Positions 24,697-39,111 of a DNA stretch of 64,000 bases are shown in pieces. The stretch spans positions 6,322,849 to 6,386,848 of the forward strand of contig CM082583.2 of assembly GCA_040954595.2 (NCBI GenBank), given 5' to 3'. The translations under genes were made by a program, and so were the position numbers. Each line of letters opens with the position of its first letter. Position 1 is the stretch's first letter. The notes under the pieces were generated by a model. That model made no database searches. It worked only from the letters and a program-made list of their open reading frames with translations, and was not told the origin of the DNA. Source of the stretch: Balanoglossus misakiensis. Taxonomy: Eukaryota; Animalia; Hemichordata.

Positions 24697-27600
24697 TCTT
24701 CCATAGCAACCATAAGCATAAAGCACAGGATTGTCCGTTCGCCGAATAGATGACCAGTTCCTTAAACAGAACTGAATTTCAGTGGGGCAGATCCGCATAT
24801 TGTCAATAAATGTTGAAAACTAATTGCTCCAACGTGTTTGCGTCACACGCTTACATGTTGTGACCTGCTTCTGAGGACACCATTCCTTGATTTGACAACT
24901 GAAATAGTCCAAAGTGACCAGAGTACTTGGCAAACACTGCACTTCTGCTCTGAGAGCAAGGTAAACTCCGAGTAGTCATGGCGTGCCGTGATCAGGTTCA
25001 TGGCCAAGCTACGCAAACGCCGAGAACACCATCTCCAAGTTCAAGTGCCATTTGGATACTAAACAAGATCTGTAATCGTGTAGGGTCAGGTTGCAAACGG
25101 CCGGTGTGTAAAACATGTGTGTGTATGCATCCATAAGCTTCAAAGAGCAAAATTTCAGACGACACCGTTCTGCATTACTGATCTTTACTCGTTGATTAAT
25201 GTGGTGAATGGTGACGTATACAGGCAACATTAAAATGTCAGGCCTGCTATATTTCGTCCTTCAGGCAATAAAGAAGTTACACGAGGAATCACGTTAATGC
25301 CCGTGAATCTCATGAACTAATAACCATGTCTCATACCTAAAGTAAAGAGGCCACTTCCGGTGTTACCTCGAGAGCACTCGTGTACAACTAATACTACTAC
25401 ATATTTCCTAGACTAACAGGAACCTATTTTGCTGTAATAACTATTACTCAAAGTGGCTGCATAGAGGCTGTGAACGTACGGCTACGACTTTGTAAGAGCG
25501 AGCGCTATATCCAATGTCATTTCGGCATTAAGGAGAACGCAAAACCAGCCAGTAAACTGAAATTATATTAATATTTTAAAACAAAGTCTCATTTGGATAA
25601 TTATTTGCCTTGGTATGCAACCAGTATATACCAAACCAATTACTTTGTTAATCATCACACACGATAATCAGTAATTGCCTAAAACACTGATATTCTTCTA
25701 TAATGAACTGACATTGACAGTTCATTATCGTTGCCAGGGATACAGTTATGTAACCATGGAGTGACAATTGAAGCGCAACATAAAATTGACACCTTTTTTC
25801 CTAATTCTGACATCTGGCTGTATTCTTTTCATCACAGAAGCAGAAAGTTGATGTTTGTCGTCATTTGACTTTGCATGGTTGTTGTTAAATAATATACAAG
25901 TAATCAATATTATCACGATCGTCGGCCCAAGCCTCTGGCCAGTTAGAGTATACACGAATGACGTACATTATCTGTTCTCGATGCACAAAGTCAGGCTTCT
26001 GTCATTTATTTGCAAAGATGAGGGAAACGCGGCCGTAGACTTCGATTTCGGTCGGAAACTGTCTAATTCATAAAATTACAGCGCTGTATTATCGATGTGA
26101 CTTTTGACACATCAATTCTGCGATGACAATAGTGGCCAACTCAAAATACACGACTCTTTTTTCCCCCCGCGATCTCGACCCTCACACAGATTAGAGTGAT
26201 AAACCCGGAAATAAAAACATCTCAAATGCCAAATCGTTACGTTGTCATGGCAACAATTTATAGAGCGGCATATTTTATTGGATTCCTTGCTGTTGACCGC
26301 AAAGCATTTCGGGAAACGTTCTAGGGAAGCGGGGTCTTGGCTTGCAACATGTTGATATAGCGGCGGTTTCCAGCATGCTTCGCCCTGCTTCTCTGAAATC
26401 TGCGCATAATCCATTATCAGGCATGGAATGAGCAACCAAGGTGAGTTTCCTCTGACGTAAAATACTTACATTGTCACCGATGCTGACAGCGTGAAATTTT
26501 CATATAATATATCGGGAAGTGATGTTCTGCCCGCGTCGGATCGTCACTATATTATCTATCACTGTATCTTGTCATCAACACGGCTCATAGGCAGATGACA
26601 GTGCGATACAGCATTTCAAAACAACGGCAGTCTGAGACTTTCTTCAATTAAAATAACGAAGTTAATTTAGCAACATTCGTCACCCTCTCGTGTTAAAAGC
26701 GTGGTACAACCTTGTTCAACTATATAGACTTATGTCAAAGACATTCTACAACCTTGTCATGTTCAGCTGTGTAAATATCTTCTCCATATGTACTGAATGG
26801 GCATTCAGCAATATCTTCAGTCGCCAACTGTCGCATTTAAATGGGTAGCCGCACGCGTCACGCGACAAACTGCTGGAATACACAATAGCAACATCACATC
26901 ATTTTATAAGATATAAAATTGACTATATCTCGGTTCAATTATACTGATAAGCTGTCATGTGAAAATACAACCTAAGCTTTGTTTCATAGTGTGTAAAGAT
27001 TCATTTTAATGTTTAAAAACGGTGAGTTTTCTATACACACGTGTATATATAAACCGAATTAAACCACGGGCAGTAGAAGCGTCTATTGGCTATGATTAAA
27101 TTTTTCCAGATGTTAATCCCATTATTTGTGGTGATACGAAAACCGAAAGTACAACGGTATGTCACTCTCTTTGTTTTATTTGATGTCCGTTGCTAGGTAA
27201 CTTTCGCCTCATTTCTGCACGAGCAACAGAAACAGTTTATCAACAAATCCAATTAGACCGAAAATTTAAGCCAATATACAGCTGTGCTAATTCGTTCTGC
27301 CAGCATTCATTTAGTGGTAAACAGTTGTTAGCACGTAAACTTTAAGACAAATTTTATTGACTGGTTTCTCTTTGAATGTCCACAAAACAAAACAGAAAAG
27401 ATTTGCTGTTATTGCTAGTTTACTGGCGCTTTCAGGACTATGCATAACGGTCTACTGTATTCAAAACGATTTTATCACCTTTCATCGCCACACTTCAAAG
27501 AAACTTACCAATCACGCTGAGATTGCTCTATGGTGTATAACGAACGTTTAACGCGTGATTTTGGAGTCACGTTATCAAAGAATTTGCCATCAAGGCTCGC

Positions 27601-28960
27601 GAATTGACTCCATACAAAGTCTGTTTCATTGAAATGTACAATCGAAAAAAGTATTTGCCAATAAACGATATATTCTCATTGGGATTTGGTATCACCGATT
27701 TTATGTTTCTGGTGTATTGAGTATTATAGTGTTAAAGCAGCCTCAACATTTATGTATATGACCTTCAAACAATTAGTTCTATTGTAATTTTGACTTCCAC
27801 TTTACTTAACTAAATGGTTTAATCAATGAGCGAAAACAACAGCAGCGAACATTAACTTCTGAGCGTCGGTTTTCACAGAGAGTCAATCGGAAAACTACTC
27901 GTCAGCGTACGGTTCGTGGATTACGTAAGCCCCAATTATCACCTGAGCCATGCTAATTCATCAATTTACACAGTTTATGCGAAAGGGGGAGACTAAATAA
28001 ACGTAGACAGATCTTTAAAATATACCTTAATATTCATTTCAGATGACATATTTCACTGCAAAGTGTCTGTAGGGTCACAGACAGGCAGACAGGCAGACAG
28101 ACAGACAGACAGACAGATAGATAGACATTTCAATATTGTTGGTCTTGTGTAAGATCAACAGAGTTCTGGAGATCTTGAATGCCAATAATCGGATTGCTCA
28201 TAATCCTACGCTCGAATATATACATGTATAAAAATACTTGAACAGTAGGCTAAGTCGAGTAGTGCAAGGTTCTTGCTAATAATTTCCCATATGTATTATA
28301 TTTGGTGGAATAACCACGCCATTGTCATGGCAACGTGCAGAATTCTTTTATGAACACAGATATCGATATTTTTGCCTTCAGTGGCAAATTTGAGATGATG
28401 CATGCTCGCAGCAAATAATTTAGGGATTTACTGCGGATGGCAATATCTGTATAAATCTTAATATAAAACTATCTATAATGTATATATACACGTATTCGCA
28501 GTTTGTTTCCCAAAATTTAATGGGTGCTCTTACGTCATTACAGATACAAACTGTTGTCAATTTCTAAAAGCATGCATTCGTGAAATGACCTACAATGTAT
28601 ATTAATGTGCCTAGAATGTCGCTCGTGATTGTACATTAAAAGTAGTATAAATCTACAATTTCTACTCGTTTTTTGTGGCTTATATTTTCGGATGTTAAAT
28701 GACATAAAACGGGCCCGAAATGATATGAAATGAATCTTAGTGCATTTGTATGTGTGCTGCTACAGTTATTAACAGCGGCAAACGTGCGTCCTTCTTTAAA
28801 AATATTCCCCTTTACACATATTAAAAAGCCGTTCTCTTTTCTTTAATTGTGAATATGCCACGTGATCGACATGCATTCTCTGGAATACTAAACCCGCGAG
28901 TTTAGAGCTAAAGTAAAACGCGTGGGCAAGTCAGTGGATTAGTGAAATTGCCATGGCGAC
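24697..28960. promoter_or_regulatory. Cluster of six RFX X-box-like motifs upstream of the 429-aa gene
   Basis: TCTTCCATAGCAAC 24697-24710; GTTGCCAGGGATAC 25730-25743; GTTGTCATGGCAAC 26241-26254; GTTGCTAGGTAAC 27189-27201; ATTGTCATGGCAAC 28321-28334; ATTGCCATGGCGAC 28947-28960. Consensus is GTTNCCATGGNAAC. Confidence 0.65.
28077..28127. repeat. (GACA/GGCA/GATA)n microsatellite
   Basis: acagacaggcagacaggcagacagacagacagacagacagatagatagaca. Confidence 0.9.
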
Positions 28961-30438
28961 AATACCCCGCTGCAATGCTGTCTTTGATTCGCGTCGTCAT
29001 CACAACTGAAATATTCTTTTGCGGCGGCGCTGATATCGGTGTCAGCTCCTATAGTCTGAATTTGATCAACTTAACGGCGGCCTCCTGCTCTGATCAATCT
29101 AATGCAACTCGTTACCGACTGACTTTCCTTCTGTTGAAATGGAAGGAAATTTATGAGATTGGCAATAACGATGACATTTCATTACCTTTCACTTTTATTT
29201 GGGTCAATAAGCCTTGAGAACAGAATGTTTTAATTTTCAATGGGGGAAAGTTTCCGTCGCCAGTCAAAGATGGCCGTCTTTGCTTCCCTCGCTGACCTGA
29301 GAATGAAAGGTGGCATTTTAGATCTAACAGGTCGGCGTAATTTATTCTATGTCGATTGCTTTTATAGTACTGTCGACGTCTCGTTTATCGAGTTTATAGA
29401 CGTGAGTGACGCAGCTTCGATAAGCAACATACGCGACAGTGAAAAAGTGTACATGGGGTAGATAGCAATAACTAGCATCGTCAGACCTATAAGAATTTGT
29501 CAGCAATGTTTTTTGAAAATTTTCAGCAGGCGTTCACGAAGTACGAAATTATTGCATAATTACAAACAGTGGTATTAATATAGTTTTTTTTAGTTTTTAA
29601 TCATTTGTATAAGATGGAGCAAGAATCGCCTGTGGCCTTCTACGTAACTATGGGTTACAAGAGATGTAACGCGGTGGTTGACCAGGTAACTCATTGACAT
29701 TGACGTGCTTTATATTGAGCTGTTGTCGTCAACGTCATAATGGCCAACATTTGGTAAACAGGCTAGTCCAGATAACCACGGCTTCCCGTAGTTTCAAGGA
29801 TATTGCGAATTACGTGAACCGAACCTCGGTGGTTCTCGTCACAAGTTTGGGGTCAACTAAAGGTCACCGAGCCTCGCACTTAACCAACAATACACGTGCG
29901 TGTGCATGCTATAATGATATTAAAGACACTGGAATTTGTTTGTTTTATGGTCTGTGCTAATATTGATGTACTGTATTGCAAATTCCTCCACTTATTTGAT
30001 AGAACTAATTATTAGATGTATTTAATGCATATACTTACCAACAATTAAAGTGTAACTGATATTGAATGTTCGCAGTTACTTTACCTATATTGTCAATACT
30101 CAACAGGCAAAGGAAACATATATCGTCATGCGATTAGATTTGACATGTGTGCTATATGCAGCTTTCTACGTATGCCCACACACCCATCCATCCATCCATT
30201 CGCTCGTCCGTTCATTATTAAAGTTGCTAAATGGTACAAATATTCAGAAAACATATATTGTAAGAAGGACTACAGAAAACATATAGTAACCAACGAAATC
30301 TAATGCACAACAATTTTCATTTTTTTCCCACAGGCCACCCGCAGAGGGCGCTGTCAGGCTCGAGTCGTCCACAACGACTGTCTGGTAAAATGAGGTAACT
30401 TTGGTTGTGAGCCCCCGGGATATGAACGTATTTCCAAT

Positions 30439-31728
30439 ATGACAGCCGTAGATCTTCTTTACGCATCGAGGGGTTTAAAGGAGACTTCAGCCGTGAACTC
30501 CAACCAGCGAGAAGACAAGATACTACAGCGGAGACACCAAACGCTTGGATTAGAACAAATGTATTCAGTTAAACTTATGGAGATCGACGAGAGAATGCTG
30601 AAGATACGATTTAAGAAACTGAAAGATCGTGTAGCGAAAATCAAGTCTCACTTGTCACACGACGAAATTGCGGAGATAAACGAAGAAGAGTTTCAACTTT
30701 TGGCCTCGCACAGGAATCGGTCAGGTACTTTGGATTCCGAAGGCAGTTCCGGCGCAGATTCCGATAAAAAGGAACCGAATAAAGTGAGTTTTGCTCCCAG
30801 GCGAAAAGCGGTAACCCCGGAGCCCACCAGAAAACGATCACTCCACGGCCGAGCGACTCAATCAGCGCGCCGAAATCGCTCGAGCACGCCTCTGGTTCCT
30901 TTGCCGACCTCGAGGGGCAACAGGCCCAGATCCATGACAAACCCGACGACGACCGTCACAGAGGCCTGGGAGAACAGCGCGCCTAGCAGGAAGAGTACGC
31001 CGAGACTGGGTCGTGATCATCGCGACGGTGTGAGCAGCGCTTCTTCCTTCCACAGGGCGGGAAGCAGTGTGTCGATGCCTCGGTTGACGTCCAGCTCTGT
31101 CTTGCAGCCGACGAGCATCACCGCGCACACTGGCGACCAGTTTGGCTTCGATTCGCACTTCTTCGCCGAGAGAAGCCGTTCAGCAAACGGCGCCCAATCG
31201 GCCCGTCGGATTTCTTCGTCGGGTGCCCAGCACTCGGATATGGCGATCAGCGACACGTACGCCAGGCTCGTCGAAGAGCAGAGGCTTATGCTGATCGACG
31301 AGAACATGATTCTGGCTTCGGAACTGGAGGAAAGGAAGCTAGAGTTCCTGCAGAAGGTCGACGAACTAGTCGCGCGAGACAGAGACCACGAAGCGAAACC
31401 GTTCGCGACCAAAAAGCAACCTGTTGTCTCTACCGAACTAACAGCAGCTAAAATCGAAGAACTCCGGCGAAAAATTCGCGAGGACAAGGCTCACAGGTTG
31501 CGCCACCGGTTCGACAGAAAAATCAGTCTGGGCCTCGAAAGGAAGGACGATGAAAGCGATGAAGAATATTCGAGAAGAATTCAGGAATATGTAAGAGAGC
31601 TGCGGAAATGCCGCTACTTGCGAATTCCCAAGGAGTTGGAAGACATCACAGGCGTTGTCACGTTGGTACGAGACCAAACGAGAGTTCAAGGAGTTTGGAG
31701 GAAGAGTATATCCCATCATTTATTCTGA
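30439..31728 (+). CDS. Uncharacterised 429-aa protein with N- and C-terminal coiled coils, Ser/Arg-rich middle and a C-terminal LRKCRYLRIP motif
   Basis: Long GC-richer ORF against an AT-rich background, preceded by a strong splice acceptor (ttttttcccacAG ending 30333) that implies upstream non-coding exon(s). A candidate polyA-like AT-rich stretch follows the stop. No catalytic family recognised. Confidence 0.85.
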   Translation: MTAVDLLYASRGLKETSAVNSNQREDKILQRRHQTLGLEQMYSVKLMEIDERMLKIRFKKLKDRVAKIKSHLSHDEIAEINEEEFQLLASHRNRSGTLDSEGSSGADSDKKEPNKVSFAPRRKAVTPEPTRKRSLHGRATQSARRNRSSTPLVPLPTSRGNRPRSMTNPTTTVTEAWENSAPSRKSTPRLGRDHRDGVSSASSFHRAGSSVSMPRLTSSSVLQPTSITAHTGDQFGFDSHFFAERSRSANGAQSARRISSSGAQHSDMAISDTYARLVEEQRLMLIDENMILASELEERKLEFLQKVDELVARDRDHEAKPFATKKQPVVSTELTAAKIEELRRKIREDKAHRLRHRFDRKISLGLERKDDESDEEYSRRIQEYVRELRKCRYLRIPKELEDITGVVTLVRDQTRVQGVWRKSISHHLF

Positions 31729-34700
31729 AGTCAACCAAATGTTTGCGTTTTCTCTCTATATAGTTATGTACATAAATAATATAAAGTACTAATGTTGGAA
31801 GACTTGAGTCGTATCTACTCACCACAATGCAATCCTTCTTGTGTGTTGATTACCCCAGAGTATCTTTCTGCTTCACTTCGAATTGTGATTTCAAAGCATT
31901 CTCGTCAGTGCAAAAAATTACACACGCTCAAAAGGTTTAGCAATAAAGTATATATATATGTAAAATAATGTCACAATTGTCGGATTTGCCCTGTGTGACG
32001 GAATCAGTATAAATGTGATATAAAATAGACCGTGACGGTCATGATAACGTTTGATTTTACTTTCACTATTTCTGTTCTGTGTATCGACGACAGATTCGTG
32101 TTCTACTCCCTATGTTGACACGCCTATATCTCCCCTTATACATCTCTATCTCACTACCTCCCCTCACTCTATTAATGCCCCATCTGCCCGTTCTGTCTGT
32201 CTACCTGTCTGCCTGCCCTCTCCCCCACCTCTCTAGTACTGGCAAGTAAATCATACACACTTATTTAAAACAGTCTACAAAACAGCAAATGCATAACGAC
32301 CGGAATCTTCTTGGATCATCACTTTGCGTTCGTGCGCCCTCTGCAAGTGATTTTGCTAAACCATCGTTTCCAAAACTCTCTCTATGTTTTATGTATTGGA
32401 ACACATGAGCGATGCATATGTCTGTAAATTCTACTAGCTTTCATGTGGCGCTTGATTGTTACAGGGCAATGTCATGTCATGCCATGTAACGATGGATTCC
32501 GATCTTCAAGCACTGTTTACGCAGAAATGGTCATAGGAATTGAGTCCGCGAATGGGGTTTATAAAGTTTGTCTCCTGATGGAATTTTTCAGAAGAATTAG
32601 AAGATGACCACAGTTCAATTATGCATCAAAAGTACGACGATATTCTTTCGTTTTATATTTTGCTAATATTTGGGACGAAATTACTTTGGAGCAATGCTAA
32701 CCTGTTTAGTCACATGAAAATTCTTCCACATATTCTGAATGTAAGACTCTCGGTTTTTTGTTTAATCTGTTCTTTTGAAACTATAGTCTTTAACAAATCT
32801 GGTAAAATGTTGTATGCGAAAGACAACCAAGCTTGCAATTAAAACTGACATGCACGATGTGTCTCTCTTCTCACCTTCTCGCAGCACGGAATTTCAACAA
32901 ACACAGGTTGTCTTTAGATAAAGATACACGTTTATACGTGGTCTGTCTTCGCACACACAAGACAACCACTGACTGTTAGTAATTCTCTGCGTTATAAATT
33001 ATTTAAGGATGCCCTTATTGAAATTGAAAGGCTTTATTTCGTCTCCTGCATCTTTGAATAGATTTCACACCTTTCGAGAACTCGTCCAAGGCGACTAATG
33101 GATGACGCGCGTGTCCTAACAGGTTGGCCATAGTTGTGATTTCACAAACACAAATCGATCATCCTGCCTCTCGCGAGCGGAACAAGAACCACGCTGATGA
33201 CGTTTTCAGAGACGACACAGCAACTGACATCCGGGATATTTGCGCATGAAATTAAACAAAAAAACGAACAACTTTGACGTGAAGAAAATTTAAGTTCATC
33301 ATCATTGTTTTCAAAGAAGTAAGCTCAATTTTAACAAATTCATTAAAAAAACGCACATATTTACAGATTTTTTAAAGATATAATCAGAGAACAACGAAAT
33401 GGACAAAATGGGGGATGGACATTTTAAAAAACGCTTGGAAGGTCAAATCTACTAAGATAACGCTAGACCTATTTGTATATCCATGTAAAATTTCTGGCAA
33501 TTAGAAAAATACATTCAGGTATGTGTAGAGTTATGAAATATAAACTTCTTTGAAGCATCACAGACCCCTAGAGTTCTATGACAGGACCAAGCATACACGA
33601 ATAAACTAAATTTACTGATATAATGTTCTATAGTAATTATATGAATTGAAACTTGTCCTTATGACGGTCGGTATCAAGTATGATGTTAGATTTTAAACGA
33701 TAGAATATAACGGAAGATTTCTCTTGGTATTTTTAATTATTCAAATACAGTCTATATTATATGACACTTGGTTTGGGGCATATTTGAAAATTAATTGTTA
33801 GTTTTAAATTTTTCAAAGAAATCTCTGCTGTGGTCCAGTATAGGCATATGGGCCCTTGTCTGATTTTGACGCTGGAAGACAAGGGTTTATTCATGTTTCA
33901 TCGGCAAAATGGCGTATTTAAGAGAATATATGACTCATTTTAAAAGGCGGCTGCGACACGCTATGTGTTACCGTATCGTCCGCAGTAAATAGAAGTTGGA
34001 ATTTAAATTTAGAATATGGTCAAATTATAACAAGTAGTGCACTTTCCATCCCAGTCAATATCTTTCATCATGATCAAACGTCAGTATCGTGTCTTGAAAC
34101 AGTGTATTGATTAATGGATCGCAGAATAACCGAGTTTTAGCAGCCCTCTCCCGTTGGTTACATGTCCGCCGCCGAAGATGACTGCTTAGATTCCGTGACA
34201 GCACGTTTTCTTCGGAGGGATCGGTTAAATTTTAATGGCGCGGTATAATTGGAAATCAAGGATAGGATTTACACCATCAAACTGTCAGCGCCATTTTCTA
34301 CAGGGACCTATAGATGTTTTCTCGCGCTCAATGACTGCACTGAATAGATGAGGCGAGTGTCAATCCACCGACGGCGATAGGAAATCACCGCGTCTGTTGC
34401 CACACTTAACGCGTTGTCTCGCTCCCGTCGTATCTCAATCATTAAGAGCCCATTCAAAATTCCAGCGATAATTTTGTGTTTTGTCTCCCAAGTGTGTTAA
34501 TTCTCGTAAATTTATACTTAATTACTGGTCTTTGACATTATTAATCAAGCACGGACTGCCACCCCGGTGATGTCTCTACACCTCTGACAATAAATTCGTT
34601 AACAACAATATCGACATTTGCTTCCTTTATTAAATATTAAAGCGCCCGGCCATTCGAGGTAACATGTTTGTAATTACTTTTGGACGTCCACGTTAATTAC

Positions 34701-37700
34701 ATAGTGATTGAAATTTGTTAGTTGTGTATCCTGAATTCATACAGGTAACATGAAGATTGATTATCACACCACAGCCAACTCTCGCGAGGATTCGCTGTAA
34801 AGGTTCTGCTCGACCCTTGACCCCATTCCAGTGCCTGAATTTGATTTGTTGAGGTCTAGCAAGCCAGTTCATCAAGCTGCCGCCGTCAAAAAGTAATTAG
34901 CCTTTCTGTCTTTGATCTAGTCTATTGAAAGACGGGAGAGAGAGAGAAACGGACTTGTTTAACAACTACGCTTGTGATTGTATATATGTGGTTATCCGTG
35001 CTTGATGTCTATCCTCTCTTGGTGGAAAATTCAATTTGCTAAAATTTCCCCCGCGAAATAGTCAGAATGTTCTTGAATCGTTATAATATTTTGTAGCAAT
35101 AAAAGAATCGTTCGATGCTTAATTTATTCGAATCTTTTCATCAGTGCTTACAGATTTCGAAATGATTATATCTATATCTACCAATCAATCAATCAATCAT
35201 CGACATCCCATTCATTCATCTATCCAGCCATCCAACCCACTTCACCCGTCCATCCCTCCTTCCCTCCTCCATTCGGCCCTCCCCTAATCAAATACTAACA
35301 GACGGTCTGGAATTTTTGAGCCGATAAATCCATGCCACAATTACGATATCTGTACGTGCAGAAACGTTAAATTTTGTAGAATAGTTGCAAAAGTATATCG
35401 CTCTACCAAGATGTTGGTCAAATTTTTATTGAAGGGATGTGCAATGTTGAAGTTTCATTTATCTGCAATGCAAAACAAGCAAATGTGTTTTCAAACCAAA
35501 TTTGCTGATGAAACTACGCTCATCGCGTAGCTATTCCCCCTTCCGTTGGCCGTCAGTGTCACTCAGCCCGCGCTTAATGATTAATTTTAACTTCACCCCC
35601 GAAGAACCGTTGAAATTATTCCATTTTGTTGGTCGTTCAAGCGCGAAAGAGTATCCCGAAGCGTATTGCCAAACAATTATCGAGCCTTTATTGCTTGCCC
35701 ACTAAGGCTAATGGTTTTCGTTTAAAGTCATCTTTAATGTAGCATTGGCAAGTTATACCCGGAATATGCGATGAGCCGTGTAGCATAAACAGAAATCCAG
35801 CCGATTTTTTCTTGCCAAGCCGAGTCCCCAGCTGCCCTTAAGCAAAAAACCACCACTGACGGAAAGGACTGGCGAGTCGTGCGCCAAATCATAGGAGACG
35901 GAAATAAATTTTAAAGCGGGCTCTCCTTGTCCCCCTTTCCCCCAGCCTTCAGGGTGTGTTTGTTTGCCGGTGCATTTCTCGTGGTTTTTTAATCAGAGTG
36001 CTATTGCCTGGCAAGCAGCGTGTTCAGATGCCGGTCGTGATTTACTGATAACGTGAACGAATCTCGTTTGAATACCCTTCTCTATTGTCCAGAAGTCATT
36101 AATTGCAAATTCTCCATCAAATTGAATTTTAATAATTAAACGACAGGTCTGTCATAGTCTGTACGCTGACAATCGTGTTTTATCTTCCAAACGAATGGAC
36201 TTCCCTTGGAATGTATGCAAGGATGAAATTATAGCTTTAGTAGATGTAAAATCACTGAACTCTTGTGTTTTAAACCATGAAAATCACGATGGGATATTCT
36301 AGACATATTTCTCTCACATACACACCACAATTACAGAAGAGAGTAGCGAATTTATCTGATTATGTCTCCGTACAGCTTGAGTAATCCGACAGAGGTAGCG
36401 CAGACTGACAGATCCAGTCTGTCGATCAGCAGTGATTTTATGCCAGAGAGCTGATATTCCTGGTATCAAATGGGTGTGTTGTCGAATAATATTGGACATT
36501 AGAAGATTAGACATCTGGCGATAAGTTCTACATCAAGACATTGCGCCACAGAATGCGGTCGATTCTGTATCAACAATATCGACACATATTTCTAGACCAT
36601 TCCCTGTGGTCCTCGCGCAGTTAAAAGGTGTGGTCAAATATACATATGGTCACAAACCCGTTTAAAATACGAACACCGTTGCATAATCTACGTTCGCCCT
36701 TACTTTTGACTTTAAATTCAGAACTCAAAGAATAGAATTTGTAAACTATGAGAGTGGTGTCGTCGGACTCCCGCAATCAATAATCGTTGGTCAAAGACCT
36801 GTCTACTGAACCGAAATTGTAATAAGTGTTAAATGCGATAATTACTACCCATGGGCTGACAACACTTACTCGGCTGAACACACCATCGTGTCATGATTCA
36901 CCGTTCACCGACTCGCTTAATGATGTCACGACCACGCCACCCCCAGCTGGTTAATTTAGCCACTGAGAAGCAACAGATCACGCAATGTTCAGATTTCCCT
37001 TGACGCGCTAAATTCATCCAGTCATTACCCCAGAGTGGTTGGTTGTCTTCCTGGACTTTTGCTTCTTAATGAGGTCAAAAGATATTATTGCAATTCGGAA
37101 GGACACCAATGTGCTCATAATAAGCCACGTTCGTGACCTGTATGTGACCTTTATATCCACGATGTCTCAAGCTGTGAGTGCGTCCATTACCGTGACCAAC
37201 TTCTTAGATGTTAGTCTATCATTTCACTTAAAACAGACGATATTATACAAATGAAACGTGACTCGCAAACACCCCATGTCCTCTTCTCTCAAACTACGCA
37301 CACAAAATAAATACATTTTGCATCAAGCTGCTACAATGTGAAACGGAATTTGTTTTAACCTGTTGCCACCATGCAACTGACTTATGTCTTATATTCACCA
37401 TTTTGGGCAAGTCCATTTTCAGCCTGTATAGAGAAGAGGGCGGTAAACACGGGTTGTCGAAGAGACAGCGCCTCCAGGCGGTAGAATCAGTGGAAACATC
37501 CACCATGAACACCTTTCCTGCTGACAAGTTAATGCGGTGTCAAAGGTCAAGAGCCGGGGAAATTGACCAACTTTCGCGTGAAGGACAATACAGTGATTGC
37601 ACAATATTAATCGAATTCCCTTTCTATGTTGATAGACACGTTCCAGGAGACCCATACACATTGAGATGTGAATATTTGCTAAGTCGCCAAGTAACATTTC

Positions 37701-39097
37701 AAATGTAACCCATAGCATACAGGATAACATGCACAGGTGCATGATGGGTATTGGGTGTGGCTCAATACAACTTCTATACGCCCATGAAGTTACCCCCGTC
37801 AAAGCCACTGTAGAAGGTCAACTTGTCCCGAGTGGGCCTGTTTCCCTAAAAATAAACCAGATCTCATACAATAACGACTTTGCAGTGTGCTATTTCGAGG
37901 ATAATTGTCATGGTGACCATTGATCTATCCGTTTAGACCTATCAATACGGAGAAGAGCTTAAAATAGATTTGGGGCAATTTCATTACTCATTAAGCGATG
38001 TATTTTCTCACTTTGTAGTTTTACACCTAGTTGAACACATACCGAGGCAAAGTATTGTTTAAAAAAAACAATTTATATTTCAGTTACCTCATAATTTTTA
38101 AAACATTTTTATGTTCTATCAAACATGAACCTAAACGTGTCTAAGACTGGGAGTTGACTAGTGGTGTTTGCTCAGAAGGCTTCAAGTTGAGATTGGGTTG
38201 AGATGAACACGGAAAAGTCAATGCTTTGTTTGAATTAGAAAGCAAGCAATATCTGGAAGACAAGACAATTCCAGATTATTTTACAAAAAAACTCGGATGA
38301 ACACACACACGGTGTCAATTGATGAAACGGAAGTTTGCCTGTCGTGAACAATACGTTAAAGGGCGAATAGTTCGCAAACAGTGGATACTTCGACGGCGTA
38401 CAGGCTTACGGGAGAGGAACCAGAAATTGCGGAATCAATTATTTAGAGTTACAGCTTCCTGACAATAACTCCCGAGCAATGTTCATTTCGCTTCGTCTCA
38501 AATTTACTTAGTTGTGAAATTCGCAACCGCATTTTTTAATCACAATCAATTACTTATACTACATTTGTACGAACTTAGTCATTTAGCTGGTTATATTTCA
38601 GTCGCATATATAAATGATGAGCTCCGCGATGATGTCTTTTGTATACCTTTTTCTTCAACAGGGGCGTTTCCTATTGTTGTCAATGGGGCATTACTAATGA
38701 ACTTTTCAGGTAAAAAGTGTTAAAAATTTAGAGTGACAAAAATTACAAAGACCATGGAAGACGGAGGAGAGCGGGTGAAATGGCCAGTGCAATTGCTCGT
38801 TCCAACCGACTAATTACAACTGAAATGCAATATTAAGGCACTTTCACGACGTTTTAAAATTTAAACCGATCAATGATCGTCTTTTCTTCTTACGCCCCCG
38901 TCCATGAATCCGAAGGCCGCTTAAAGACAGCATCTTTTACATGGAAAACAATGTTGCCGGTTTGGATTTGTTGAAACATGAGGATCTCCCTCAAATATTA
39001 ATATTTTCATCATGTGTTTTTTTCTCGCGAAATGAATGCGTGCCTTCGAGTAGTGAATGGCGTACGCTGGCTGTAACTACCAAACTAACAGACTGGG

Positions 39098-39111
39098 GTT
39101 ACCATGGCAAC
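39098..39111. promoter_or_regulatory. Near-perfect RFX X-box in intergenic DNA
   Basis: GTTACCATGGCAAC; weaker copies at 37904-37917 and 40793-40806. Confidence 0.5.
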
